This document shows positions 25,664-39,090 of a stretch of DNA of 64,000 nucleotides, one piece after another; within the stretch, counting starts at the first letter, position 1, and the number at the start of each line of letters is the position of its first letter. The stretch is from the human T2T-CHM13v2.0 reference genome, Homo sapiens. The translations under genes and the position numbers were made by a program. The stretch lies in assembly GCF_009914755.1 (NCBI RefSeq), contig NC_060928.1; one strand, written 5' to 3'. The notes beneath the pieces are model-generated. The model did no database searches. It was not told where the DNA came from and saw only the letters and a program-made list of their open reading frames with translations.

Positions 25664-27719
25664 CTAATTGTTTAACACAATCACATTACATAATCCTTAA
25701 GAAGACTTACCTTAGAGTAAAAATCCTTACTCCTTGAATTTTGAAGGACAAATATGTGTTTACACATATTTCGACGTGTAAGCATTACAGATTAATTTGA
25801 GAGATACAGGAATTTCAATCTTAAATTTGGAAACTAGTCCTGAAATGTGAACTAAAAGTATTACAATAATATGAACACAATTACGCCCTCAAGATGAAGA
25901 GGAGTGCTGCAGAAATCACTATGGAATTTTATACCCTGAGTATTTTGAAGGCAATTTCTGGCATCCCTGTCAGATTCTTCCACACACCATATTTACATTA
26001 ATTACACTAAGAGACATAATTATAACTCATGGCTAATTTGTTTTTAAAAAGAAGAGAAATAACCCACAATAACAAGCATGTTAGAAATAACACTGAGAAT
26101 ATAATTTAAGTATTAGACTTAAACCATTTAGTACCAAAATACAGGCTTCCGTTTCTAAGCAGGTTTAAATCTACATCATTATAACATGACTTGATTTGCC
26201 AAACAATAAAAGACTAAACTTTCACAAGAAGCGACCCTTTAAAAGTGTCTCTGTGTTTTTCTATGTGTATTTTATTTAAGTAAAATGGTTAATTGCATTT
26301 GAGTGTTTTCCATTATGTACAATTGCACTTATGAAAAAGATTCATCAATGATTATGTTCATTCTTAAATAGTCAATAACTTACCAAAATTAAAAGATAAA
26401 TTTTCAGATATGGAATTAGAATATTTTGGCACTAGGTACATGGTACAAAAATACCCAACTCATTGAGTTTTTTAAAAAAGTCGTTCAAGATTTTGAAGAG
26501 TTTTTAAAAAAATCATAAAATATGATAAAAATATCATATATTGTGTACAATATAAAAGAAATAATTAACTTTAAACTTATAAAGTAATAAAATTTTAAAG
26601 CCTCGATTTAAATGTCTTTGTGCTATGTTTATGAAGATTAAAATGCCAGGGTATTTTGTGAAAGTTTAATATTTTACGTTTTCACATTTGATAATATAAT
26701 ATTAATGTTTCTGTTTAGATCTAATATATTATAATTGTAACCATGTTTATCTTCAGGATGTTTAGACATGCAATAAATATAAATATAAAAATTTTATATT
26801 GTGGGAACATGCTCTAAAATGAACCAATAGTCTTAGCTGCCTAATATGAAAGTTACCATACATCTGACATCTGTGGACTAGAGCTATGTTGTTTTCCTAA
26901 CTGAGCCATTTGAACTACTAGTTGCTGCTTGCTGCTACCAGAAAACTCTTTAGTATTTATCCCTAAATGGAGGGCCTCTTTTCCTCATTCCCAACGTTTA
27001 ATTTTGAAAAAAATTGCTCTCCTTAAGGATAGCTGCTTCTCCTACTATAGTGATATCTGTATGTGCATATTTAATCTATGGAATCCCTGAGAAGTCTGGT
27101 TAATGGAAATTATATGTATTATCAGAATGGGTAGATTATACAATAATTTCAACACTAAGATGGTCTTTAAAAAGCTATGTATAGTGCCACATATATATAA
27201 ATGCTATATATAGTGGATGTTCATGGAAAAATTAATATAAATTGTGTTGATCAAGTCTTTGCTTCTTTTACCCTTGAGAAAAATGAAGGTGTGGTGCTTT
27301 ACATTTTTGTGATAAAATGACAAATAATTTCATCTTTAAAATGTAAGAAGGATGTACGTTCATTTTCTAATTTTTTATAACCAGAATAAGAAACTCAGGG
27401 TACTAAATGATCAGTGATGATGAGCATTACATCAATTGAAAGCAGGTACATGTGAAAAATTATAGAAAATATGGAAATAAAATCTAAGACAAACTTCAAA
27501 ACATTCTTTAATAAGCTGTAATGGCTATAAATCCATATGGTTTGAATTTGAAACTATCAGAATAGATTTAAAAGTAAAATAAAGTTCAACTATATAAAGA
27601 CTGAAGGGCCCTTACCATAGCCTCAAAAAGGCTAGATGAGAACACTGTGTAAAAATGAACATTCTTCAAGCTGTGTGTTAAGGGTGCTGTGTATGGATGT
27701 TGAGATTAAAGGGCCAGAG

Positions 27720-28264
27720 GTAGTGCATCTTGAGACAAGTCCTGCCATATCCATCTGCACATCACCCTCTGAATAGTTGAGATGGTGCTTGAAAAATTAA
27801 TGTAATCTCAAGAAATAAACTTCGTTGATCTAAAGACAAATGTATCTCCCACCCACTGCACCTGTCATTGATTCATTTAGGAATGAGCATGAGTCCCGAT
27901 TATGGCCAAAGAGAGATGAGAAAAACGTTCCTATAGACTCCTGGAAACAATTTCCCTAATTCTCAAGAGGTGACATTGGGAAGCCATGCACTTCCACTGA
28001 ACACCAAGAATGAAGTTGAGTATAATGTTTCTGGCAGCAATAACCATAAGTACACTCAATCTTAGGATAAAACCAACTCTGCAGGTAAGCAGATCAAAAG
28101 ACAAAAAGAATCTGGAATCTTTTTATATTTGAACTGAAGAACCAATTAACCCTAAAACCAGACCTACTTCTGGAGTACCAGTTATATGAGTCAAGAAATG
28201 TCTTCAGTAAAGCCAATTTGATTTGTGTATTACCTATAGTTTCAGGCATTGTTGCTAACACACA
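27720..28264 (+). mobile_element. Old MLT1 (J/K/L-type) LTR
   Basis: CCTACTTCTGGA...GTTATATGAGTCAAGAAATG...TAAAGCCAATTTGA...CTAACACA 3' motifs. Confidence 0.55.
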
Positions 28265-30329
28265 ACTTGGTAGATATTTGGCTCAAGGATAAAACTAAGC
28301 ATCAGTTTGCCAAAGCTAAAACCCATAAAAGAGAAAGTCATAGCAATAATTTAAAAGTATCTGGAATCTATAAAATAAAGGATAATGTGAAGACATATTT
28401 GCATTCTTCTCTATAGATAGTCTTGAAAAGCTACTTAAAAACCTACAGCTGCCATTCAATCCTTAAGTGATCACCAACTCTGTGATTAACTTCTACCTGG
28501 GATTTAGTATGCAGATTCAACCTCTAATTGGGTTGTAGGGATAATTTCATGGTTTAAAGTTTGAACTCTGCTTGGAAACCTCTTTGAAGATCAGCCAAGA
28601 AGATTATGATAGTGCAAATAACTTGCAAAAGCTTACAGCTGTCCTCCTGTAGTTCACACTGAGCAAGCAGTCATTTTCTCAATGTGATAAAAATCAGATT
28701 ACATCGAGGATCACCTTCTACAAGTTATTATATTCTCATCTCTAAAATAAACTAATCTCTGTATTTTTTTTCTAATTTTCATAGCACTGGAATGTTAAAA
28801 GTATGCTTTCCTCTTAAGCAAACATGACTCTTACTAAGAATGAAATGCTCTTTTTACTTAGATTTGGTAGCAACCCAAGGAAGTGGTTCTACACACTCAA
28901 GATTTGCTATTTTGTTTCATCTTATGTAGAAATGGTTGGTTATAATGTATTATGATTTCTATTAAATGCAAGACTCATAATGTTTTTTTAAGAAGTAGTA
29001 TATATTTTTTCCTGGCACAATTTTAAAAACATATTGTTTTCAGAGTGAATAAAATGTATTTTTATAAAGACTGCATTTTTAACTATTTTTATGACTACAA
29101 AATAATTTTCAAAAATCATTCAATTTCGAAAGCCAAGATTGTGTGAGTGAAACAAACTATTGTGTAAATCTAGAGTAATTTAACTATAATTAAAGTCAAT
29201 AGGTCAAAGTAAACTTCCAAGCACCTTAAATTATCAAGAGGATTGTCCTTTAACTTGCATCCCATATTAAAAATAAAGTTGAGCCCCTCAATTCATGTTT
29301 TAAAATAATGATTAAAAGATAATAAGTTAAAAATTGGTGATTCTTGCTCTTAATAATACAGATACAAGGATAACAAATGACTGCCTTAAAATGAATCACT
29401 TATTTTCATAAATAAAAATATCAGATTTTGTACACACATTCAGGTTTCGGTGATGGCATATGAACATATTTCTACTTGTAATTTATTTTTAAAAATGATT
29501 ATTGGAGAACAAATTTACAAAATTTACTGTACATAGAAAAACAGCAATCAAAGTATATAATTACATTTGACCCTATTATTTCTTTTTTCTTCTTGCAGCC
29601 CGAAACATAAGGCTTCATTGAATCTCAGCATTTATATATCACTAATATAAATAACTTTGTTCACTATCGGTTACCAGTTCATATCAGAATCTTCTTTTAA
29701 AGGGGGAGAGACATTACAGTTTGTAAAATACCTGAGCATTGTCTCATTTTCATTAAAATAAAATTTTAGAATTCTACCTAATTAGTAGCGTCATCTGCAG
29801 TTCAAGCAAGCATTGGAAAAATACCCGAAGAACTATTTTGCATTGTAATATTTACATCTAATGCTTAGGAACATTTATTGTATAAATATGAAGAATAAAT
29901 ATTAACATGAACAACTGTATGTTGCCTCTTTTATTAATCAATTAAAAATAGCATTTTGATATATCAAAATTAATATTAGGAAAACTAAAATATAAAGGTT
30001 AAAATACACAAAAAAATTTGAGTATATTATTTATAATCTTGCTGAAATAGATAAGAAAAACAGTAATTTGCATAAATATCAGGCTAATGTTATTTACTCA
30101 CCTTTATGTGCTGTTTGTTGATCTGCCCATATTGTTCATAAGTTCCATACATCATTGCCCACAGGGAAACCAAGATTCACCTGCATACAGAATGGCTGGA
30201 AGTGGTTGTATATTCCCTAGCCAGTTTTTCTAGGTGAAATAAATTACCACATACTGTTATCAAATCTATGATATTTACCTCAAGAACACCACATACTAAC
30301 CAAATAATTGAAGTAGTTTAAACACACAT

Positions 30330-30790
30330 TTCCAACATAAATAAATTTTTAGACATTTGTTAAAACCAAAAACGTATGGGTACTATGAAGAAAATATTAA
30401 TAATTAAAAACAAAGGAAAACATCGGCCATTTGTGTAGCAATAGATATAAAAAGACTCTTAAAAAAAATTATGTCCCCAATAAGCATATAAAACAGTGCT
30501 AAACCTTATTCTGCTAAGAAATAAAATGATCTTCCATATTAGCAAAAATATAAAACTTTATAATGTCCAGTCTTGGTGAGGATGTAGGGAAGTAGCTATT
30601 CACTTACACTACTGGTAAAAGTCAAAATTGGTACCATACATTGGGGCAGACTTTTGACTACATAGCCGATCTTCAACAGTAGTGATTCCTTTACCATGCA
30701 TCTCCCAGGAAAATCTTTGCAAAATTATTCCTAAATACATGTAAAAAGTACACTCATTTCAGAGTTGTTTAGCAAAAAAATGGAAAAGCA
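30330..30790 (+). mobile_element. L1ME-type 3' fragment
   Basis: CCAGTCTTGGTGAGGATGTAGGG...ACACACTGGT...AAAATTGGTAC. Confidence 0.55.
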
Positions 30791-30941
30791 ACTTGTTCCT
30801 TTTGTTTCTTTCTTGAGTGTAAAGCTGTATTTTCCTCTTTTCTTCCATTCATCAAATATTTAGTAGAATGTTTACTCTGCGTCAGGTATCTTTTAAATTC
30901 CTAAGAAATCATTGCAGTGTTTTATGTACTGGCCTCATTTA

Positions 30942-31190
<249 letters not shown>

Positions 31191-31222
31191 TTATTTTTAT
31201 TTTGAAAGATTACTTTGGCTGC

Positions 31223-31825
31223 TGTATTATTCAGGGTTAGCTAGAGGGACAGAACTAATAGGATATATGTATATGTGAAAGGGAGTTTATTAAGGAGAAT
31301 TGACTCACGCAATCATAAAGTAAGTTCCCATGATAGGCCATCTGCAAGTTGAGGAGCAAGGAAGCCAGTGGTGAATCAGTTTGAGTTCCAAAACCTCAAA
31401 AGCAGGCAAGTCGACAGTGCAGCCTTCAGTCTGTGGCCAAAGGCCCAAAAGCCCCTGGCAAACCACTGGTGTAAGTCCAAGAGTCCAAAAGCTGAAAAAC
31501 TTGAAGTTTGATGCTTAAGGCCAGGAAGCATCCAGCATGGGAGAAAGATGAAAGCCGGAAGACTCAGCCAGTCTCCTCTTCCATCTTTTGCCTTATACTA
31601 ACCTCGCTGGCAGCTGATTAGATTGTGTCCAGCCAGATTGAGGGTGGGTCTGCCACTACCAGTCCACTGACTCAAATGTTAATCTCCTTTGGCAACACCC
31701 TCACAGACACACCCTCACAGACACACCACACAGACACATCTTTGGCAACACCCTCACAGACACACAGGAACAATACTTTGCATCCTTCAATCCACTTGAG
31801 CTGACACTCAGTATTAATCATCACA
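31223..31825 (-). mobile_element. MLT2A2-type HERV-L solo LTR inserted in an L2
   Basis: TGTATTATTCAGGGTT...GAGGGACAGAACTAATAGG...GTATTAATCATCACA; TSD GCTGC/GCTGT. Confidence 0.9.
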
Positions 31826-32817
31826 GCTGTTGTGTATATGATAGATTTGAAGAAGCTGATAATGGCAAGAGGGCAGAAAGAAGGGACGTGGGAAGGGTAG
31901 TTACACGAAATTTAAACACTGGAATCTATGCATATAATTAAAAGAAGAAGGAAGTTCTACACATTTTGATTTGGACAAAGCACCATACTCTATTAATGTT
32001 GTGAAAGTAAAAAATAAATATACAGACATGTATGTAAAAATATATAAACATTTCTTTCCAGGAAGGGTAAAGGAGGAAATAAAAGTAAAGATTAAAGAAA
32101 CTGGGGAAAGCTAGATGTTTATCTTTAATTTTAAATATTTCTTCAGTGCTCTCATTCTTAGAGATTTCTAAATATATTATACAAGTTTCTTGTATAACTT
32201 TTACTAAATTTTGCAGAATTAATTAGCTTTGGATTATAGACCATTTTATTTTCTTTGTATATTATAAAGTAGAAGTATTATATTCACCATTTAAAAGTGT
32301 TTTCTCCAACTTATTTTGTTCTTACCGTTTGGTTAGAAATATTTTATAATTTTAAGCATGATTTAACAATATTTAATTAGCCTTCTTTTTCCTTAACTTT
32401 TCTTTCCTTAATGAATAGGATTAACAACAGTTTAAATAAACAAAACCTAAAAAAAAAAAACAAACTAAAAAATAGACATTTTCAGTTCAATTCCTTTAAA
32501 AGGTTTATTGATTTGTTAAATCTATGGCATATTTACTTTCAAAATGGGGCATATCCTTTTGCAAGAATTAGATTTTACACAATCCCGATAGTCTGACATT
32601 TCAGATACACATCTGGAGTTATTTTTGATGCCAAACCCAGGACAACACAATAACTGCTTTTGGTTATTCTATTTCACTACAATAGAGGGGATTGGAAAAA
32701 AAAGTATGAGTCAAGAGTAAATTTCATGTTTTGAGAAAGATAAAATTCTAATGAAAGGAACAAGGATATCGGCAAGAATGCTTTCTGACATATTTTTTAG
32801 ACTGTTTTAAAATTAAC

Positions 32818-33200
32818 TTCATACAGTATTTGCCCTTTTCTGACTGGCTTATATCACGTAGCATAATGTCTTCAAGATTAATCCATGATGTAGCATATGT
32901 CAAAATTTATTTCCTACTTAAGGCTGCATAATATTTCATTGTATGTATTTATTACATTTTGATTATCCACTTATCCATTGATGGACACTTAGGTTGCTTT
33001 TACTTTTTGGCTATTTTGAATGGTGCTGCTATGAACCTGCGTGTACAGGTATCTGTTTAAGTTGCTGCTTTCATTGCTTTGGGGTATATATTCAGCAGCG
33101 AAATTAGTGGATTCTATGACAATTCTATTTTTAATTTTTTGATGAATCACATGGCTATACAGGTATATTTTATATTATGTTTATTTTACCACAATAAAGA
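32818..33200. mobile_element. L1MB-type 3' fragment: minus segment plus short plus-strand tail
   Basis: Reverse 3'UTR to ~33148, then TATTTTACCACAATAAA terminal motif. Confidence 0.7.
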
Positions 33201-34809
33201 ATGTAATTTCACATCGATGTAAAGATTCTGATTTCACTGAAAGTCCCTGAAACTCTGATTCTGCATCAAGGAATTGCTGCCAATTAAACTAGTCTGTCTG
33301 CTGAGGGTAACTTAGTTCTATACTCCCCACACAATTTGCACTGACTCTTCTCTGTCCTAACTTGTGCATCTTTCAATTATATAACTTTTACACCACACTA
33401 GCCCTCTCCACATGCACACACACACTAGCCCTCTCCACACACTCCTTCATTGCACGTAAAGCTGTGCCACCTCATTTTCAGGACCTTTTTTACATAAAGA
33501 AGGCTGTGCCACCTCATTTTCAGGCCCTTTGCTACTGATTATTGTATTTTCCCAGGTTGAAAATAGTTTAGAAGTCAGAAAGTCCAATTTTTGTCTCTGC
33601 CATTGACTCAAATTGTGACTTTTCACAAATCACTTTACTATTTGTGCCACTATTTGCTTATTTATTCACTTTTTATAAACTGTATTGTGCATCAAGTATT
33701 TGCCAGGAACTACTCTAGGTGTAAAGAATGTAAAGGTATTGTGACATGTCCCTGCTCCCAGAAGTTTACAGTTAGTGGGGCAAAAATAGCTGTTCAATAT
33801 CTTTCACAAAGATAAAGTTGAGAATTAAAAAAAAAATCCATGAGAAAGGGCTTTGAACATTTTAAAGCATTCAATACATGAGATGTGATCAATTTCTCAC
33901 ACTGGCTCCTTGCTATGCTTAGAACACTCTCAAATTTACATAGCAAATAGGAAAATGAGATCTTAACCATAAAGTGAAAGAATAGCATTCCTTACTTGTA
34001 CAGAAAAAAAAGTTATGACTAGTAATTTATATTTTTTAAATATAGAAAAATCTAACCGAACTTAAAAGTAATTGAAATCTAAATTATTGGTCCCTTTCCA
34101 GGAGCCACACACTTAAATTTACTGATCACTCTAAAGATGGGTAAAAATAAAAGGAAGGGCTGCATATGTTTCTCTCCCTTTAATTAAAAATGAAAACAAC
34201 AAATAGAAAAAATAATAAGGGAAATAATCCCTGCCTTATTTCAGGCCATTTAACATGCAGTAAAGATTCTACAGGTAACCATCTTTGGATATTACCTTTA
34301 CTGACCTCATACATCCCCAATTTAAATAAATGGAGAGTGTTCAATGATAACAATGCTGAATATCAGTTACATGGATAATATCCCACCATCAAAGAGCAAT
34401 TAGATGCCCCCATTATCTTTGTCTCAAATACTCTATTAAATAATGCAAAATAAGCAGGTGTGATCTCTGTTAAAAATGTAATAAAATAATTAAATAGTCT
34501 ATCAGGCTTACTGCATTTTTAGCAAATAAAGATTCCTTACCATTAAGAATCCAACCTAGGAAGAAATTTGTAATATGAATTAAGCAAATATTGAACCAAC
34601 TTAAAAGATAATATGAAAAACCTGTTGGGGAAAACAAACATTCAGTTGCATCATTCAACAGAGAAATATAGAGGGGAATTTGCTACTGGTTTTCAGTTTT
34701 GAAAACTATCAAAATTATTTGAAATGATCATTAGCATTTCTCTATTAAAACAATAAAATATGCATTAGTTTTAACTAATGTTATAAAACTAATGCATATT
34801 AGTTAAACT

Positions 34810-35135
34810 AATTCATTGAATAAATGTTTCCTGAACATGCACCATGTACCAGAATGAGTGTCACATAAGCTGCTGTGGAAGCACAGGACAACTGCTCAGG
34901 GAAGGCTTCCTAGAGAAAGTCTCCTATTGAGATTAAAGGAGAAGTTATATTGGCAAAGTCAGAAGAGTGAGAAAATGCTTCAAGCACACAAATAGCAAGT
35001 ACAATGGGCAAGAGGTGAGCAATAAGAGACACATCTTAGAATTAAGAGTAACTCAGTATTTGAATATTGAAAAGGCAAGGGAAAAATTACTTGATAGATG
35101 AAGCTGAAGAGTTTTAGAAAGCAGATCAAAAAGAA
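34810..35135 (-). mobile_element. L2 fragment, resumes ~37210-37295
   Basis: ATTCATTGAATAAATG...CAGGGAAGGCTTCCTAGAG...GATGAAGCTGAAGAG. Confidence 0.6.
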
Positions 35136-35141
35136 ACAAGC

Positions 35142-37200
35142 TTCTTCTTTTTTTTTTTTTTTTTTTTAGCTATAGTGAGAATATACAATATTTGTCTTTT
35201 TGTGCCTGGCTTATTTCACTTAACATAGTGTCCTCCAGGCTCATTTATGTTGCCACAAATTACAGGATCTCGTTATTTTCATGGCTGAACAGTATTCCGT
35301 TGTGTATATTACCACATTTTCTTTATCCTTTCATCTGTTGACATTTAGTCTTATTCCATATCTTGGCTATTATAAACACAGCTGCAATTAATATGGGGGG
35401 TGCAAGTTTCTCCTTGATATACTGATTTTGTTTCCTTTGAATAAATACCCAGTAGTAAAACTGCTGGATCATATGGTAGTTCTAGTTTTAGGTTTTTAAG
35501 GAAACTTCATACTGTTTTCATAATGGTTGTATTAATTCACATTCCCATCAACAGTGTATAAGGGTTCCCTTTTGTCTGCATTCTAGCCAGCATTTGTTGT
35601 TTTTTGTCTTTTTGATAATAGCCATTCTAACTGGGGTGAGATCTCAATGTGGATTTGATTTGCATTTCCCTGATCATTAGTGATGTTCAGCATTTTGTCA
35701 TATATTTGTTGTCCATTTGTATGTCTTTTTTTGAGAAATGTCTATTGAGACCCTTTGACAACTGTTTAATTTGAATTTTCTTTTTCTGTTGAGTTCCCTG
35801 TATATTCTGGATATTAGTACCTTGTCGGAGACATAATTTGCAAGTATTTTCTCCAACTCTACATGCTGCATCTTCACTCTATTGATGATTTCTTTTGCGG
35901 TACAGAAGATTTTTTTGTTTAACATGGTCTCATTTGTCTATTTTTTGTTATTATTACCTGTGCTTTTGAAGTCTTACCCATTAAATCTTTGTCTATGTCC
36001 TAAAGCATTTCCCCTTTGTTTTCTTCTAGTAGTTTTACAGTTTGGTATCTTACATTTAAGTCTTTAATCCATTTTTAGTTGATTTTTGTATGTGGTGAGA
36101 GAGAGGGGTCTCATTTTATTCTTCTGCATATGGATATTCAATTTTCCCAACATCTTTTTTTTATTTTATTTTACTTTAAGTTCTGGGATACATGTGCAGA
36201 ACATGCATGTTTGTTACACAGGTATACCTGTGCCATGGTGGTTTGCTGCACCTATCAACCAGTCATTTAGGTTTTAAGCCCCATATGCATTAGCTATTTG
36301 TCCTAATGCTCTCCCTCCCCTTACCCTCCACTCCCCAACAGGCTCTGGTGTGTGATGTTCCCTTCCTTGTGTCCATGTGATCTCATTGTTCAACTCCCAC
36401 TTATGAGTGAGAACATGCAGCCAACACCATTTATTGAAGAGGGTATCCTTTCCCCAGTGAATGTTCTTGCCACATTTGTCAAAAAACTATTGACTATAAA
36501 TACATGGACTTATATTTATGTTCTCTATTCTATTCCATTGTTCTATGTGTCTGTTGTTATACCAATACCATGCTGTTTTGGTTACCATAGCTTTGTAGTA
36601 TATTCTGAAGTCAGGTAGTGTGATACCTTCACATTTGTTCTTTTTGTTCAGTATTGCTTTGGCTTTGTGTGGTTTCATTGCATTCTAGGATTGTTTTTCC
36701 ATTTCTGTGAATAACATCATTGGTGTGTTGATAGGCATTGCATTTCATATATAGATTGCTTTGGGTATCATAGTCATTTTAAGAAAACTATTTCAATCCA
36801 TTAGCATAAGATTTTTTTTCATTTTTTGTGTGTTCTCTTCAATTTCTTTCACCAGTAGTAGACAGTGTAAGTGTGGTCATTAAAGGATGGGAGATATAAG
36901 GGGAAGGGGAGGATAGGGAGTGGTTGGTTTACAGGTACAAAGTTATAGCTAGATGGGAGGAATAAGTTCTATTTTCAGTAACACTATGGAGTAAATATAG
37001 TTAACAATAATTTAATGCATATTTTCAAAAGGTTAGAAGAGAAGACTTTGAACACAAAGAAATAATAAATCTTTGAGGTGATGGACATGCTAATTACCCT
37101 TATTTCATCATTAAACATTGTGTCTATATGCAGAAATATCACTTGGTATCTCATAAATATGTGCAATTATTATGTGTGAACTAAAAATAAAAGGGAGAAA
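35142..37200. mobile_element. L1MA element with 5' inversion (minus 35142-36853, plus 36854-37200)
   Basis: Reverse ORF2 end/3'UTR joined to the sense distal 3'UTR ending AACTAAAAATAAAA. Confidence 0.85.
36155..36420 (-). mobile_element. Short L1PA (PA8/PA10-like) 3' end inserted in the L1MA
   Basis: TTTAAGTTCTGGGATACATGTGCAGAAC...GAGAACATGCAG; degenerate TSD CCAACA(T/C)C. Confidence 0.9.
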
Positions 37201-38574
37201 GAAAAGAACCTGTAATTCATTAGGGAGTTGTGACTTCTTCATACTGAAAAATACTCTGGAATCTCCCAAAGCATTTTAGGTAAGAGAATGACTTAAGTGT
37301 TACCAAAATAATGAGATGATATGATTTTTTTCCAATCATTTTTTAAATCCACCTGCTAACCTGAAACTAGTCATCTCGAATTGTGGTAACATTTCAGTTT
37401 TCCATGGAGATGATCATGTCAGAGATATTGTATTAATATTAGGAAACTGAGTGTGTCTTTTTAATAAATTACTTCTACCACACAAAGAGACAGTCAGGAA
37501 GAAACTGCAGGAAAGAAGCAGCCAAGAAAAACTGGATTTGCCCATATAAGAGCTAGTTTAAAGAGCCACTACAGAATGGAAAAAACATGTTTCCAGTATA
37601 TGTATCTGGCATGTGGTAGGTGTTTAATGAGTACTTGTTCACTGAAGAGTACATTGGTGCAGCCTGTATAAAGAAGAAATTACATAGTAGACAATGAATG
37701 CTGTGTCATATGAGGATGCAAAGACCAGAGAAAAAGGATGGCTTTAAAAGGAGGAGAAAAATAGAGAAAGAGAAAACAATACTAAAAGAAAACTGGAGGA
37801 AAAGGAAAGGTGCTATCAGGATTTATAATTAGGGCAGCAATGTCCTAGCAAAAGAAGAAAACATTGGGTTGATTTTAGGAGTTACAACCACCTGAAGCAT
37901 ACATGAGAGGGCATAAAATAAAGGACCAGAACACACAGGTGTCCTTAAAAGCCTCACCAACTTACAAGAAAAGTTATAGCAAGGAGACTCAGTGCTTGAA
38001 ATGAAGCAAACATGAATACATAATTAAATTAGTTTAATGTAAATGCATAGAAAGTCTATTTTACAATGTTTCCATGAGGAGATCAAATTTACATAAAATA
38101 ACCAGTCTTAGTTGAAGCTTCAAATTTTGGATCCCAGTTCAGTCTTTGTTTCAAGTAGAAATATTTCAATCTGGTTAGATTCTATAGGCATACTTATAAG
38201 CATCCTAAATCTGCTACCCAAAGAAGTCACAAAGACAACTTGAACAGTTAATTTTGACCCTGAGAATAAGGAACTCCACTACTCTCCTTCTTGTGTGGGC
38301 ATAATCAGTGTGGGTAGGCAAGGCACCAACAGGAGAGATGAGGGGAGAGGAAGAGTCCTTCCTGCAAAAGGGCTATACTTGAGAATCACAAAACATTCAC
38401 ACTCTATTTTATATTGTAGAATCCAATTCTGTATTTAGAATAAGTTACAAAACTCTAGATGACTTTTTAAGTGGATTCTTCTTTTCCAGAGATTTTTATA
38501 CTATGCTCTTTTCAGAGAAATTCAAATATTGATGTTATTATCATGGTTTCTATTATGATCCCTTATCAACTAAC

Positions 38575-38692
38575 AGCCATCACTATATTATAAACTATGT
38601 GTTAAGTGACTTTCATTATCTCATTTAATCTTTATAGTCTTCCCATAAAGTAAATATTAATATTATCCTCATTTCAGATGAGACAAAACTCA
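38575..38692 (-). mobile_element. MIR fragment
   Basis: ATTATCTCATTTAATC...TATTATCCTCATTTCAGATGAG. Confidence 0.65.
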
Positions 38693-38884
38693 ACTCCATT
38701 TCTATTTCTCTTCAACAACTATGTTGGTTAAATCCTATGCTCTACTTCCTTTCTTCTGTGTACCTAAATTTTATAGAAAGGCACTTAATCCTATTACAAA
38801 ACCTATTACAAAAGGAATTTAGTTATATTTCATTGCTGTAGTCATTGAAAGACAAAGAGAGTTGGGGTTGGGGTAGAAACAAAG

Positions 38885-39090
38885 ATTTATTGAGATCAAC
38901 TTTGCACCAGACCACACTTGGATGCTTTCCATGTAGTATCTAATTGGATGTCCACAACAATCCAAGGAAACTGCTGGAACTTACTACATTTCACAAATAA
39001 GAAAACTGATTTCATGAGTTTTTCACATGCTTAAGACCCATTGGTTATTAACAGAACTGAAAGTTGAGGGAGTATCTAACTTCAAATCTT
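38885..39090 (-). mobile_element. MIR fragment
   Basis: ATTTATTGAG...CACAACAATCC...CATTTCACAAATAAGAAAACTGA. Confidence 0.6.

Noticed and set aside
33394-33530. CRISPR-like repeat-spacer pattern
   Set aside because: Two different repeats with two copies each, short spacers, primate DNA, no cas genes
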